Origin: a virus
Taxonomy: Duplodnaviria; Caudoviricetes
DNA: 39,432 bases
IMG/VR virus record: IMGVR_UViG_3300048851_000202
Coordinates: 1 to 39,432 of that record
Direction: 5' to 3' (one strand)
Shown: positions 16,103 through 25,054 of the stretch, in pieces
Layout of the letters: each line of letters starts with the position of its first letter
How positions within the stretch are numbered: the first letter of the stretch is position 1
Program-made: the position numbers and the translations under genes
The notes under the pieces: model-generated
Seen by the model: the letters and a program-made list of their open reading frames with translations, nothing else
The model's database searches: none
What the model was told of the DNA's origin: nothing

Positions 16103-16519
16103 GTGAACGCCACCCCGCGGTGGCTCGCCGCGTACGCGACCCGCACCGGCGCCGACCCCGCGCTCGTCGGAACCAGGGCCGTCCCCCGGCACTGCCGCAC
16201 CTGCCGTCGGCTCGTCCTGGCCGGGTACGACTCCGACGTCGCGGGGTGGCTCGCGATCGTCGACCCGTACCGGCTCACCCCGCAGCTCGAAGCCGCCTGC
16301 GTGGTCCTCGCCCGCCGCACCTACAAACTGCGCGGCGTCGCCGGCCACTACGAGCTCGTGCCCCGGTACTCCCCCGCCGTGCTCCCGTTCGGGCCGCGGC
16401 CCTCCGCCGACGACGTCGTCGTGGTCGCCGAACACCACTGCGGCACCCCGCCCCTGAGCCTCACGCCCCTACCCACCACCGCGCACATCACCAACCCCGA
16501 CGGCCCACCGCCGTTCTGA
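16103..16519 (+). CDS. hypothetical phage protein (CxxC..HxC)
   Basis: GAGG plus GTG; HCRTC..EHHC..PPF. Confidence 0.7.
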   Translation: MNATPRWLAAYATRTGADPALVGTRAVPRHCRTCRRLVLAGYDSDVAGWLAIVDPYRLTPQLEAACVVLARRTYKLRGVAGHYELVPRYSPAVLPFGPRPSADDVVVVAEHHCGTPPLSLTPLPTTAHITNPDGPPPF

Positions 16520-16535
16520 CACAAGGAGACCCACC

Positions 16536-16835
16536 ATGTTCGAACACCCCATCGACGCCGAGGTGCGTGCAGCTCGACGAGCCGCGCACGCCAAGCACGG
16601 CGAGAACAGCATCGAGGCCCTCTACGGTGACGACCCGAGGTGGCTGTCCATCCTCGTCGAGGAGGTCGGCGAGGTCGCGCACGAGCAGACCTACGACGCT
16701 GACCACGGTGACCTCGCGCCCGATCAGGCGCTTCGGGCGGAGCTGATCGACGTCCTGTCCGTCGCTCACGCCTGGGTCGACGCGATCGACCGTGACGCGG
16801 CCGACCGGCGCGCGCGTGGACTGCGGGGCGTGTGA
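16536..16835 (+). CDS. MazG-like nucleotide pyrophosphohydrolase
   Basis: ILVEEVGEVA..LRAELIDV; AAGGAG RBS. Confidence 0.8.
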   Translation: MFEHPIDAEVRAARRAAHAKHGENSIEALYGDDPRWLSILVEEVGEVAHEQTYDADHGDLAPDQALRAELIDVLSVAHAWVDAIDRDAADRRARGLRGV

Positions 16836-17335
16836 TGGTCAACCGCCCGAAGAACATCGGCACCTACGCCGAGACAGCCGTCGTCCGAGCCGCGATCCGA
16901 CACGGCTTCCCCGGCGCCGACCGGCTCACCCAGCGAGGTCGTTACGACCGCGGCGACGTCGGCCTGTGCCCCGGCGCCATCATCGAGGTCAAGGGCGGCG
17001 ACGCCGCCCGCAACGCCTCCGACGGCATGATCGAGGGCTGGCTCATCGAGACCGAGCGCGAGCGCGACAACGCCGGCGCCGTGCACGGCTTCCTCGTCGT
17101 CCAGCGCGCTGGCGTCGGTGCCCCCAACGCGCACCGGTGGTGGGCGTGGTGGCGGCTCGGGTGGCTCGCCGGAGGCGTCGTCGACAGCCCCGTCTACCGC
17201 ACCCCCATCCGCATGCAGCTCGGCGACGCGCTGCAGCTCCTGCGCGCCGCCGGCTACGGCAACCCGCTCGACGTGGACGACGCGAACACGCCAACGAACG
17301 TTCCTGGATCCGTTCGCGTGCAGGAGGTGGCGTGA
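16835..17335 (+). CDS. Holliday junction resolvase (actinophage PD-(D/E)XK type)
   Basis: NRPKNIGTYAETAVV..DRGDV..IIEVK..WLIETERER. Confidence 0.85.
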   Translation: MVNRPKNIGTYAETAVVRAAIRHGFPGADRLTQRGRYDRGDVGLCPGAIIEVKGGDAARNASDGMIEGWLIETERERDNAGAVHGFLVVQRAGVGAPNAHRWWAWWRLGWLAGGVVDSPVYRTPIRMQLGDALQLLRAAGYGNPLDVDDANTPTNVPGSVRVQEVA

Positions 17336-17538
17336 TGACCTTGCAGGCTCGCTACTCCGGCGTCTGCCCGGCCTGCGGCGGCCGCTGGGCGCCCGGGGAC
17401 TTCATCCGCACGCCGGAGGGTGGCGACGCGTGGGAGCACGCCGTCTGCCCTGACGCCGCGGTCGACGACCTGACGCCGACGCACCCGGCGTGCCCCGTGT
17501 GCTGGCTGACGCACCCGGCGGGAGCGTGCGACCGATGA
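17335..17538 (+). CDS. small zinc-finger protein
   Basis: ARYSGVCPACG..HAVC..CPVCWLTH..C; GGAGG RBS. Confidence 0.75.
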   Translation: MTLQARYSGVCPACGGRWAPGDFIRTPEGGDAWEHAVCPDAAVDDLTPTHPACPVCWLTHPAGACDR

Positions 17539-17801
17539 CCGCCCTCGACGAGATCGCGGAGCGCAACGCCCGCGCCCACGTCCTGGCCGCCGCGACCGGC
17601 ATGGGCCTGACGCCGGCGCAGGAGGACGTGGCGACCCTGCTCGACGCGCTCGCCGACGTGGCCCGCGCGACGTCCGGGGCGGTGGCACGCACGGTGCAGC
17701 TGCTGCGTCAGCGGGACACGCTGGTCACCGAGCTGGCGCGGGCGCGCGGGTGCAGCGAGAGCGTGGTGCGGGTCGGCGCCGGCATCGAGGTGGACAGGTG
17801 A
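17535..17801 (+). CDS. hypothetical phage protein
   Basis: GGGAG RBS, ATGA overlap. Confidence 0.65.
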   Translation: MTALDEIAERNARAHVLAAATGMGLTPAQEDVATLLDALADVARATSGAVARTVQLLRQRDTLVTELARARGCSESVVRVGAGIEVDR

Positions 17802-17893
17802 GCCCGGATGTCGCGACCGCCGTCGCTGCGGGCGGGGTGCTGCTGGTGCTGCTCGTGCTCGCGGTGGTCGGGCTCGTGTGGGGGCAGCGGTGA
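17798..17893 (+). CDS. 31-aa single-TM peptide
   Basis: GTGA overlap; MSPDVATAVAAGGVLLVLLVLAVVGLVWGQR; below the ORF-track cutoff. Confidence 0.55.
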   Translation: MSPDVATAVAAGGVLLVLLVLAVVGLVWGQR

Positions 17894-17949
17894 GTTCGCT
17901 GGCGCGGGCGCCGACGTGGGTGTCGCGTTGTCGGCGCCCGCGGGGCAGG

Positions 17950-18105
17950 TCACCCCTGGTTCTCGAACCACCAGCGGGCGAGGGTCACCCCCAGCCGAAG
18001 GAGATTGGTCACGAGGTTCGCGACCGGGACGACGCCCCGTCCTCTCGGTGGGAGCGTCGTCCGGTGTAGTCGACGTGATCGGCGTTCCGCGTTTGCGTTC
18101 TTCAA
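17950..18105 (-). CDS. putative antisense 51-aa basic/amphipathic peptide
   Basis: GGAGTAGGA before TTG; ends VVPVANLVTNLLRLGVTLARWWFENQG; AT-rich upstream region. Confidence 0.35.
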   Translation of the reverse strand: MKNANAERRSRRLHRTTLPPRGRGVVPVANLVTNLLRLGVTLARWWFENQG

Positions 18106-18221
18106 AATCCTACTCCAAATCGTTCTGTAAACCCCGGGGGAAATCCCGGAGGACAGGTCCATTCTACACCATCAAAGCGCCCCCCGCGCATTCCCTTAAC
18201 ATTCATGGAGATATTGGGATC

Positions 18222-19076
18222 ATGACCGACTGCACCTGCCCGCTCCCGCACCGCGGCGACGCCCCCGCCATCACCGACGACCGCTGCGTCTGCCCGCGCT
18301 GCGCCGCCACCCTGCGCAGCCTGCTCGCCGACCTGCCCGACCTGTTCGGCGAGCTCGACATCGCCCGCACCCGGCAGGCCCGGATCGGCGCCGGCGGCAC
18401 CTCCCACGCCGCCGTCGCGCCCCTGCCGTTCGCGCTCGCTCCCGCCGACGCCCGCTGGGTGCTCGCCACCACGATCGTCGCGTGGCTCGACTGGGTGACC
18501 GCCGTGCGCGGGCACCGCCCGCCCGCCACGTGGCGCGAGGTCGAGTCCTACCTGCTGCGCTGGCGGGGCGGCGCCGTCGACTGGCTCGTACAGCACCCCG
18601 CCGGCGCGGAAGCCGTCGACGAGCTCACCGCCGCCCTGCGCAACGCCCGCCACGCCATCGACGCACCCGCCGCCCGGCAGTACGCCGGCCCCTGCACCGT
18701 CGCCCTGCCCGTCGTCCCGTGGGCGCCCGGGGTCGCGGACGTGCAGTGCGGGGCGGACCTGTACGCCACCGACGGCGCCGACAGCGTCACGTGCCGGCGG
18801 TGCGGCGCCGTCTACCCGCTGGACGCGCGCAGGTCCTGGCTGCTCGAGCAGGCCGACGACCTGCTGCTGCCGTGGCGGGAGATCGCCCGCGCCATCGACG
18901 GGCTTGGCGTCGAGGTCAACGAGAACACCCTGAAGTCGTGGGTGCGGCGCAAGCAGCTGGTGGCGCACGGCCGGGTGCCCACGCAGGACGGGCGCACCGC
19001 GGCGACGTACCGGGTCGGGGACGTGCGGGCGCTCGTCGAGGCGGCCGCCGCGCGCCGGCGGACCGTCGCTGCGTGA
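18222..19076 (+). CDS. zinc-ribbon plus C-terminal HTH protein, probable late-gene regulator
   Basis: CPRC, AGPC..CGADL..TCRRCG, NTLKSWVRRKQL..YRVGDV; last gene before the packaging region. Confidence 0.75.
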   Translation: MTDCTCPLPHRGDAPAITDDRCVCPRCAATLRSLLADLPDLFGELDIARTRQARIGAGGTSHAAVAPLPFALAPADARWVLATTIVAWLDWVTAVRGHRPPATWREVESYLLRWRGGAVDWLVQHPAGAEAVDELTAALRNARHAIDAPAARQYAGPCTVALPVVPWAPGVADVQCGADLYATDGADSVTCRRCGAVYPLDARRSWLLEQADDLLLPWREIARAIDGLGVEVNENTLKSWVRRKQLVAHGRVPTQDGRTAATYRVGDVRALVEAAAARRRTVAA

Positions 19077-19170
19077 CCGCCAAGCCCAGCACTGCACGAC
19101 GTGGCGCCACTCAGCGCTGGACAGGCGGCGGGGTTGCACCCTACGGTTCTCGTAGGTTGGCGTGAGCCAG

Positions 19171-19213
19171 CAGCAGAGGGCCCCGCGGTGAGATACCGAC
19201 GGGGCCCTCGCTG
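19171..19213. terminator. hairpin between convergent genes
   Basis: gagggccccg (19176-19185) pairs with cggggccctc (19200-19209), plus inner and outer pairs. Confidence 0.6.
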
Positions 19214-19222
19214 TTCACGATG

Positions 19223-19381
19223 TCAGTCCATCGACGAACACTTCTGACACCGCGGGTAGCCGCCGGTCCCGGACACGCGGTTGCGCGCCGGGATCAGGCT
19301 CCCGGGCGGGCAGTCGTCGTGGTCGTGGTAGACGTCCGGGTCGGACGGATTCGACGAGTGATACGCAGCCACCTTCGCCAT
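19223..19381 (-). CDS. 52-aa His/Cys-rich microprotein (moron)
   Basis: AAGGAG RBS; MAKVAAYHSSNPSDPDVYHDHDDCPPG..RCQKC. Confidence 0.75.
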   Translation of the reverse strand: MAKVAAYHSSNPSDPDVYHDHDDCPPGSLIPARNRVSGTGGYPRCQKCSSMD

Positions 19382-19581
19382 CGCAGGCTCCTTTGCCTCC
19401 GCGGGCACCCCTGACGGGTGACCCGTCAACGCGAACGTACGAGCGAAGGCCGCCACCCCGACAGGGCCAGAAGGGTCTTGTCCCGATCTCCCGCCGGCCC
19501 CGCCAGGACCGACCACCAAGCCGCGCGCCCGGGCCGTGAGCCGCGGAGCCGGCGGGACCACATCGCCGCTACTGTCCCGAC

Positions 19582-20043
19582 ATGGACACGAGCGACCCCG
19601 TGATCGTCGCGATGATCGCACTCCTGGTGAGTGTCATCGCGGTCATCTACGCAGCCATCGTGCTGCAACTGTTGCAGCGGAGACGCCAGCGCCTTGCCGA
19701 CGAGCAGCGCCGAATGCTGGACGAGTTGCTATTCCCCGACGCCCCGCCGCTAGGGAAGCCTCGGACCGTGCCCTCGACGGAGGACCTCGAGCTCCGCATC
19801 GCGGCCATCGAAGCTCGCCTGCCGGACTCGAACACTCTGCACACGATCGCTTCGACTAACGAGGCGGTCCTAGCGGCCAAGCTGGAGCACATCGAAAAGG
19901 ACCTCAGCCGCGTGGAATCGCGCCTGCTAGGCAGAGGTGACGTCGTCCTGGTGATGTTCGGTGTGCTGGCGGCGCTCGGTGTGATCGTTTCGCTGGTGTC
20001 CTGGGCTACCGGAGCCGGCTCGCCCCCTACAACGGCGCCCTGA
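19582..20043 (+). CDS. two-TM membrane protein with coiled coil (moron)
   Basis: N- and C-terminal hydrophobic helices; more A/T-ending codons than flanks; TACTGT 6 nt before ATG. Confidence 0.7.
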   Translation: MDTSDPVIVAMIALLVSVIAVIYAAIVLQLLQRRRQRLADEQRRMLDELLFPDAPPLGKPRTVPSTEDLELRIAAIEARLPDSNTLHTIASTNEAVLAAKLEHIEKDLSRVESRLLGRGDVVLVMFGVLAALGVIVSLVSWATGAGSPPTTAP

Positions 20044-20086
20044 GCCGGGCTAGGCGCCGGCAACGGACCGAGGCAGGTGACCGCAC

Positions 20087-20584
20087 ATGGCCGCCGGCCC
20101 CTGGACCACCGACGACGACGCCGCCCTGCGCGCGCACCACGCCGCCGGCCGTACCCTCGGCGACACCGCCACCGAGATGGGCCGCTCCAAGGCCGCCGTG
20201 TCCCGGCACGCCTCGCTGCTCGGGCTCGGCTGGGACCGCGGGCAGACGAAGGCCGCCGCCCGGGCGAAGAAGCTCGACGCCGAGGCCCGCCGCGCGCAGC
20301 TCAAGCTGGACCTGCTCGACGACGCCGCGAAGCTGCGAAAGCAGCTGTGGGAGCCGGTCACCGTCTTCAACTTCGGCGGCAAGGACAACACCTTCAACGA
20401 GCACCAGCTGCCCCAGCCGCCGCACGTCGACCAGCTGAAGCTCGTGCAGGCCACCTCGGCCGCCATCAACGCGTACGGCCGGCTCGAGCAGCTGGACGTG
20501 GCTGCCGACACCGACGACGCGAGGTCGCTGCTCGCCCAGCTCGGCCGGGCCCTCGGCATCGACGACGGGGCGCCGGCCAGGTGA
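20087..20584 (+). CDS. terminase small subunit (HTH)
   Basis: N-terminal HTH (LRAHHAAGRTLGDTATEMGRSKAAVSR); overlaps the terL start. Confidence 0.8.
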   Translation: MAAGPWTTDDDAALRAHHAAGRTLGDTATEMGRSKAAVSRHASLLGLGWDRGQTKAAARAKKLDAEARRAQLKLDLLDDAAKLRKQLWEPVTVFNFGGKDNTFNEHQLPQPPHVDQLKLVQATSAAINAYGRLEQLDVAADTDDARSLLAQLGRALGIDDGAPAR

Positions 20585-21864
20585 CCGGCACGCTCGCGTC
20601 CATGCCGCTATCCCCGAAGCAGGTGCTGTCCTGCCGGGAGTCCACCGCGCGCATCAACGTGTGGGAAGGCAGCGTCCGGTCCGGCAAGACCATCGCGTCA
20701 CTGCTGCGCTGGCTGCTGTACGTCGCGACCAGCACGGTCCGCGGCGAGCTCGTCGTCGTGTCCCGCACCCGCGACTCCGCCGCCCGCAACGTGTTCGCCC
20801 CGCTCATGGACCCGTCCCTGTTCGGGCCGATCGCGCACCAGGTGCAGTACACGGCCGGCGCCCCGACAGCCACGATCCTCGGCCGCACCGTGTGGGTCCT
20901 CGGGTCCTCCGACGCGCGCTCCGAGAACGTCCTGCGCGGCCTCACCTGCGCCGGCGCGTACGTCGACGAGGTCACCCTGCTGCGCGAGGACTTCTTCACG
21001 CAGCTCCTGAACCGCCTGTGGGAGGGCGCGAAGCTGTTCGGGACCACCAACCCGGACAACCCCGCCCACTGGCTGAAGCGCCGCTTCCTGGACCGCCTGC
21101 ACGACCTGCCCGACTGGCGCACCTGGAAGTTCGTCCTCGACGACAACCCGGTGCTGTCCGAGGAGCGCAAGGCCGCGATCCGGCGCGAGAACACCGGGCT
21201 GTTCTACCGGCGCAACGTCCTCGGCGAGTGGGTCGCCGCGGAGGGCGCCATCTTCGACATGTGGGACCCCGACGAGCACGTCGTGCCGTGGGCGGACCTG
21301 CCGGCCATGCAGTCCCTGCTGGGGGTCGGCGTCGACTACGGCACCACGAACGCCAGCACCGGCCTGCTGCTGGGGCTCGGCGTCGACCGGCGGCTCTACC
21401 TCGTGGACGAGTGGCGGTACGACGCTGCGATCGCCCAGCTGCGCCTCACCGACGCGCAGCTCTCTGCGTCGTTCCGGTCGTGGCTGGACGAGCCGCACCT
21501 GCCCGCCGTCGTCGACCAGCGTCCCCGGTTCGTGGTCGTCGACCCGGCCGCGGCGTCGTTCCGGCTGCAGCTGTTCAACGACGGCCTGCGCAACGTGCAG
21601 CCCGCCGACAACGACGTCGCCTACGGCATCCGCACCGTCGCGTCCGGCCTGGCCGGCGGGTGGCTGAAGGTGTCCGACCGGTGCGCCGGGTTCATCACCG
21701 AGGCCCCCGGGTACTCGTGGGACCCGAAGGCCACCGAGAAGGGCGAGGACAAGCCCATCAAGGTCGCCGACCACTCCCTGGACGGCGGCCGGTACGCCGT
21801 GACCACCCTCGAACCGCTGTGGCGTGGCCACGTCGACGAGACCCCCGCCGCGATCGCGGCCTGA
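20581..21864 (+). CDS. terL: terminase large subunit (PBSX-like)
   Basis: EGSVRSGKT, LRGLT..YVDE, TTNPDNPAHWLK, GVDYGTTN, VDPAAASF, DHSLDGGRY. Confidence 0.95.
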   Translation: MTGTLASMPLSPKQVLSCRESTARINVWEGSVRSGKTIASLLRWLLYVATSTVRGELVVVSRTRDSAARNVFAPLMDPSLFGPIAHQVQYTAGAPTATILGRTVWVLGSSDARSENVLRGLTCAGAYVDEVTLLREDFFTQLLNRLWEGAKLFGTTNPDNPAHWLKRRFLDRLHDLPDWRTWKFVLDDNPVLSEERKAAIRRENTGLFYRRNVLGEWVAAEGAIFDMWDPDEHVVPWADLPAMQSLLGVGVDYGTTNASTGLLLGLGVDRRLYLVDEWRYDAAIAQLRLTDAQLSASFRSWLDEPHLPAVVDQRPRFVVVDPAAASFRLQLFNDGLRNVQPADNDVAYGIRTVASGLAGGWLKVSDRCAGFITEAPGYSWDPKATEKGEDKPIKVADHSLDGGRYAVTTLEPLWRGHVDETPAAIAA

Positions 21865-21880
21865 CGCGCCGGGAGATGCC

Positions 21881-23644
21881 GTGCCCCTGCCCGCCAACGG
21901 CACCCCCTGGCCGCCGAAGGACCTCGCGCCGATCACTCCCCGCCTCGCCGAGTGGGCGGCCTGGTTCGACGGCTCCCCCGACGTTCTGCGCGGCGTGTAC
22001 GGCGCGCCGACAACCGCAGGCCCCATCGACCGCGCCTCCCAGCACCGCGGCGGCGTCGTCGGCGCGCTCGCGCGGTTCTGGTGGGGTCGGCCCGTCAACA
22101 CCGGGACCGCCACCCGCGTCGACCAGCTGCACGTGCCGATCGCCGCCGACCTGTGCCAGGCGTCCGCGGACCTGCTGTACGCGGAGCCGCCGGCCATCAC
22201 CGTCGACGACGACACCACGCAGAAGCGCGTCAAGGAGTACCTGGATGACGGCCTGCACACCGTCCTGGCGTCCGGCGCCGAGGTGGGGGCGGCGCTCGGC
22301 GGCCGGTACCATCGCGTCACCTGGGACCGCGCCGTCGTCCGGGACCGTCCGTTCCTGACGACCATCGACGCGGACGCCGCGTGGCCGACGTTCCGCTGGG
22401 ACCGCCTCGTCGGGGTGACGTTCTGGCACGTCGTCGAGCGCACGAACAGCACCGTCATCCGCCACCTGGAGCGGCACGAGCTCGACGCGAGCGGCACCGG
22501 GCTCGTGTTCCACGGCCTGTACGTGGGCACCGCCGACGACCTCGGCGTGCTGCACCCGCTCACCGACCACCCGGCCACGGCCGCCCTCGCGGACGCCGTC
22601 GACATGGTCGGCGCCGTCCGCGAGGGTCGCACCCCCGGCCTGCTCGTCGAGTACATCCCGAACCAGCGCCCGCAGCGGCGCCGCGACTGGCGCAACCACC
22701 CCATCGGGTCGTCGCTGGGCCGCTCCGACCTGGACGGCCTCGAAGGCCTGATGGACGCCCTCGACGAGACGTACTCGTCGCTGATGCGGGACATCCGCCT
22801 CGCCAAGGGCCGGATCATGGTCGCCGAGTCGATGCTCGACGCCGGCAAGCCCGGGCAGGGCGCGTCGTTCGACCTGGACCGGGACGTGTTCGTCGGCCTG
22901 CCCGGCGTGCTGCCGCCCCGCGAGGGCAAGGGCCTGCCGGTGGAGGCCCAGCAGTTCGCGATCCGCGTCGACGAGCACCTGCGCACCTGCCAGCAGCTCA
23001 TCGAGGACATCCTGCGCTCTGCCGGCTACTCCGCGCAGACGTTCGGGGAAGGCCCCGACGGTGCCGCGGTCACCGCCACCGAGGTGCAGTCACGCGAGCG
23101 GCGCTCGTACCTCACGCGGGATCGGAAGATCCGGCTGGAGAAGCCGGCCGTCGTCCGCCTCGTGCAGAAGCTGCTCAGCGTCGACGCCGCCGTGTTCGCC
23201 ACGGCGGGCCTGAAGGTCGGTCAGCCCGTGCAGGTAGCGTTCGGGGACAGCGTGCAGGACTCCCTGCTGTCGCTCGCGCAGACCGCGCAGGCGCTGGAGA
23301 CGGCGCGCGCCGCGTCGACCCGGACCAAGGTGAAGATGCTGCACCCCGACTGGGACGAGAAGGCCGTCGACGAGGAGGTGGCGCTGGTGCTCGCCGAGCA
23401 CGCGCTCGCCGACCCGACGACGACCGTCCCCGTCGACGCCGTGACACCCTCGGATGCTGCGGGGCGGCTCGACCCGGCGGACCTGAAGGCTGCCGCCGAC
23501 GCGATGGGCGTGCTCATCCGCGCCGGCGTGAAGCCGGAGGACGCCGCCGAGCAGGTCGGGCTGACGGGCGTGGAGTTCACGGGCGCCGTCCCGACGTCGC
23601 TGCGCCTGCCCGAGGCGGACGCCGCCGGGCTCGAGCAGGGCTGA
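21881..23644 (+). CDS. portal protein
   Basis: position after terL; LHVPIAADLC..ADLL, EYIPN, LGRSD, LDETYSSLMRDIRL, QFAIR. Confidence 0.9.
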   Translation: MPLPANGTPWPPKDLAPITPRLAEWAAWFDGSPDVLRGVYGAPTTAGPIDRASQHRGGVVGALARFWWGRPVNTGTATRVDQLHVPIAADLCQASADLLYAEPPAITVDDDTTQKRVKEYLDDGLHTVLASGAEVGAALGGRYHRVTWDRAVVRDRPFLTTIDADAAWPTFRWDRLVGVTFWHVVERTNSTVIRHLERHELDASGTGLVFHGLYVGTADDLGVLHPLTDHPATAALADAVDMVGAVREGRTPGLLVEYIPNQRPQRRRDWRNHPIGSSLGRSDLDGLEGLMDALDETYSSLMRDIRLAKGRIMVAESMLDAGKPGQGASFDLDRDVFVGLPGVLPPREGKGLPVEAQQFAIRVDEHLRTCQQLIEDILRSAGYSAQTFGEGPDGAAVTATEVQSRERRSYLTRDRKIRLEKPAVVRLVQKLLSVDAAVFATAGLKVGQPVQVAFGDSVQDSLLSLAQTAQALETARAASTRTKVKMLHPDWDEKAVDEEVALVLAEHALADPTTTVPVDAVTPSDAAGRLDPADLKAAADAMGVLIRAGVKPEDAAEQVGLTGVEFTGAVPTSLRLPEADAAGLEQG

Positions 23645-23645
23645 C

Positions 23646-24746
23646 GTGCCGGTCGACCCGGGGTTCGGTGAGCGGCTCGCGCGCCGCGTGTCTGAGCTGT
23701 ACGCCGACGCTGAGCTGGCGCTCCTGCGTCGGGTCGCGCGGGCGCTCGGTGCCGGGACGGATGCCCCGCAGTGGGCGACGGAGAGGCTGCTGCAGCTGGA
23801 GCTGTTGCGCGGGCAGATGGCGCGCGAGCTCGCCGAGGTCGACCAGGCCGCCGGCGCGGAGGTCCGCAAGGTCATCGCCCAGGCGTGGCAGGCGGGCCGG
23901 GCCCTGGCCGTCGCGGACTTGGACGCCGCGGACGTCGAGGTCGTCATGCCGCCCGCGCGGGCGCGCGCGATCGAGGTCCTCGCCGAGGACACGCTCGGGA
24001 AGGTCGCCGGCGTGCGGTCGGCCGCGCTGCGGGCGGTCACGGACATCTACCAGCGCACGGTGGCGGACGCCGCCGCGGCGGTCCTGACCGGCGCCCAGAC
24101 CCGCCGCGACGCCGCGCAGTCCGCGCTCGACCGGTTCGCGGGCCGCGGGGTGACCGCGTTCACGGACACCGCCGGCCGGAACTGGACGATGGAGTCCTAC
24201 ACGGAGATGGCGGTGCGCACCGGCGCCGGCCAGGCCGCCGTGCAGGGCCACGTCGAGCAGCTGCAGGCTGCGGGCCTGGACCTGGTGGTCGTGTCGGACG
24301 CCCCGCGGGAGTGCGAGCTGTGCCGCCCGTGGGAGGGCAAGGTCCTGTCCCTTGGCCGCGGCGTCGTCGGCTCCATCGAGACGGAGTCGCTGACGACGGG
24401 CCGGCCGGTCACGGTGAGGGTCGCCGGGACGCTCGACGACGCACGCCGCGCCGGGTTCCAGCACCCGAACTGCCGGCATTCGGTGTCGGCGTACCTACCC
24501 GGCGCGACCCGGGCGAGCACGCCGAAGTCCGAGCCGGTCGGGTACGAGGCGCAGCAGCGGCAGCGGGCCATCGAGCGGAACATCCGCACGTGGAAGACCC
24601 GCGAAGCCCTCGCCCTGGACGACGCCACGGCCGCCACCGCGCAAGCCCACGTCGCGCAGTGGCAGGCCGCGATGCGTAACCACCTGCGCACGAACCCCGC
24701 CCTGAAGCGGCAGTCCCCGCGCGAGCAGATCGGGACTGCGCGCTAG
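23646..24746 (+). CDS. minor capsid / head morphogenesis protein
   Basis: FTDTAGRNW..YTEMAVRT, ECELCRPWEGKVL, GFQHPNCRH, QRAIERNIR. Confidence 0.88.
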   Translation: MPVDPGFGERLARRVSELYADAELALLRRVARALGAGTDAPQWATERLLQLELLRGQMARELAEVDQAAGAEVRKVIAQAWQAGRALAVADLDAADVEVVMPPARARAIEVLAEDTLGKVAGVRSAALRAVTDIYQRTVADAAAAVLTGAQTRRDAAQSALDRFAGRGVTAFTDTAGRNWTMESYTEMAVRTGAGQAAVQGHVEQLQAAGLDLVVVSDAPRECELCRPWEGKVLSLGRGVVGSIETESLTTGRPVTVRVAGTLDDARRAGFQHPNCRHSVSAYLPGATRASTPKSEPVGYEAQQRQRAIERNIRTWKTREALALDDATAATAQAHVAQWQAAMRNHLRTNPALKRQSPREQIGTAR

Positions 24747-24949
24747 ATCGGCTGCCGACGGCCCTTCAGCATGAGCTGCTTGTTCGCCTCGTCGACCTCA
24801 CCCGCGCGGAGCTTTGCGTCGTCGCCCTCGTGCGCCAACGCAGCCAGAGCGCTCGCCACCGTCATCCGGAAGCGGAACTGCTCCGAGTGCCAGGACGCGT
24901 GCTGGATGGAGTCAGCCACGGCGGCACCGCACTTGTCGCACGTCGTCAT
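24743..24949 (-). CDS. antisense 68-aa C2H2-like zinc-finger microprotein
   Basis: MTTCDKCGAAVADSIQHASWH; GAAGGG RBS; its TAG overlaps the minor-capsid TAG. Confidence 0.7.
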   Translation of the reverse strand: MTTCDKCGAAVADSIQHASWHSEQFRFRMTVASALAALAHEGDDAKLRAGEVDEANKQLMLKGRRQPI

Positions 24950-24999
24950 CTCGCTGCCCTTCGTCTCGCACCGGCCCGGCGCCGGTGCTTGCGGTCCGC

Positions 25000-25021
25000 A
25001 CGGTACGCGCGCGGTCCGACA
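25000..25021 (-). promoter_or_regulatory. second PafBC/RecA-NDp-type promoter
   Basis: TGTCGG-accgcgcgcg-TA-ccg-T, 50 nt upstream of ATG 24949. Confidence 0.7.
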
Positions 25022-25054
25022 CTCCCCCGACCGAGCCCAGGAGGCCGATCACCC

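Noticed and set aside
19436-19463. TGTCGG upstream of the 52-aa moron as a third PafBC promoter
   Set aside because: spacing to the TACGTT box is 18 nt, not 10; other TGTCGG hits I checked also lack TA-N3-T at the right distance
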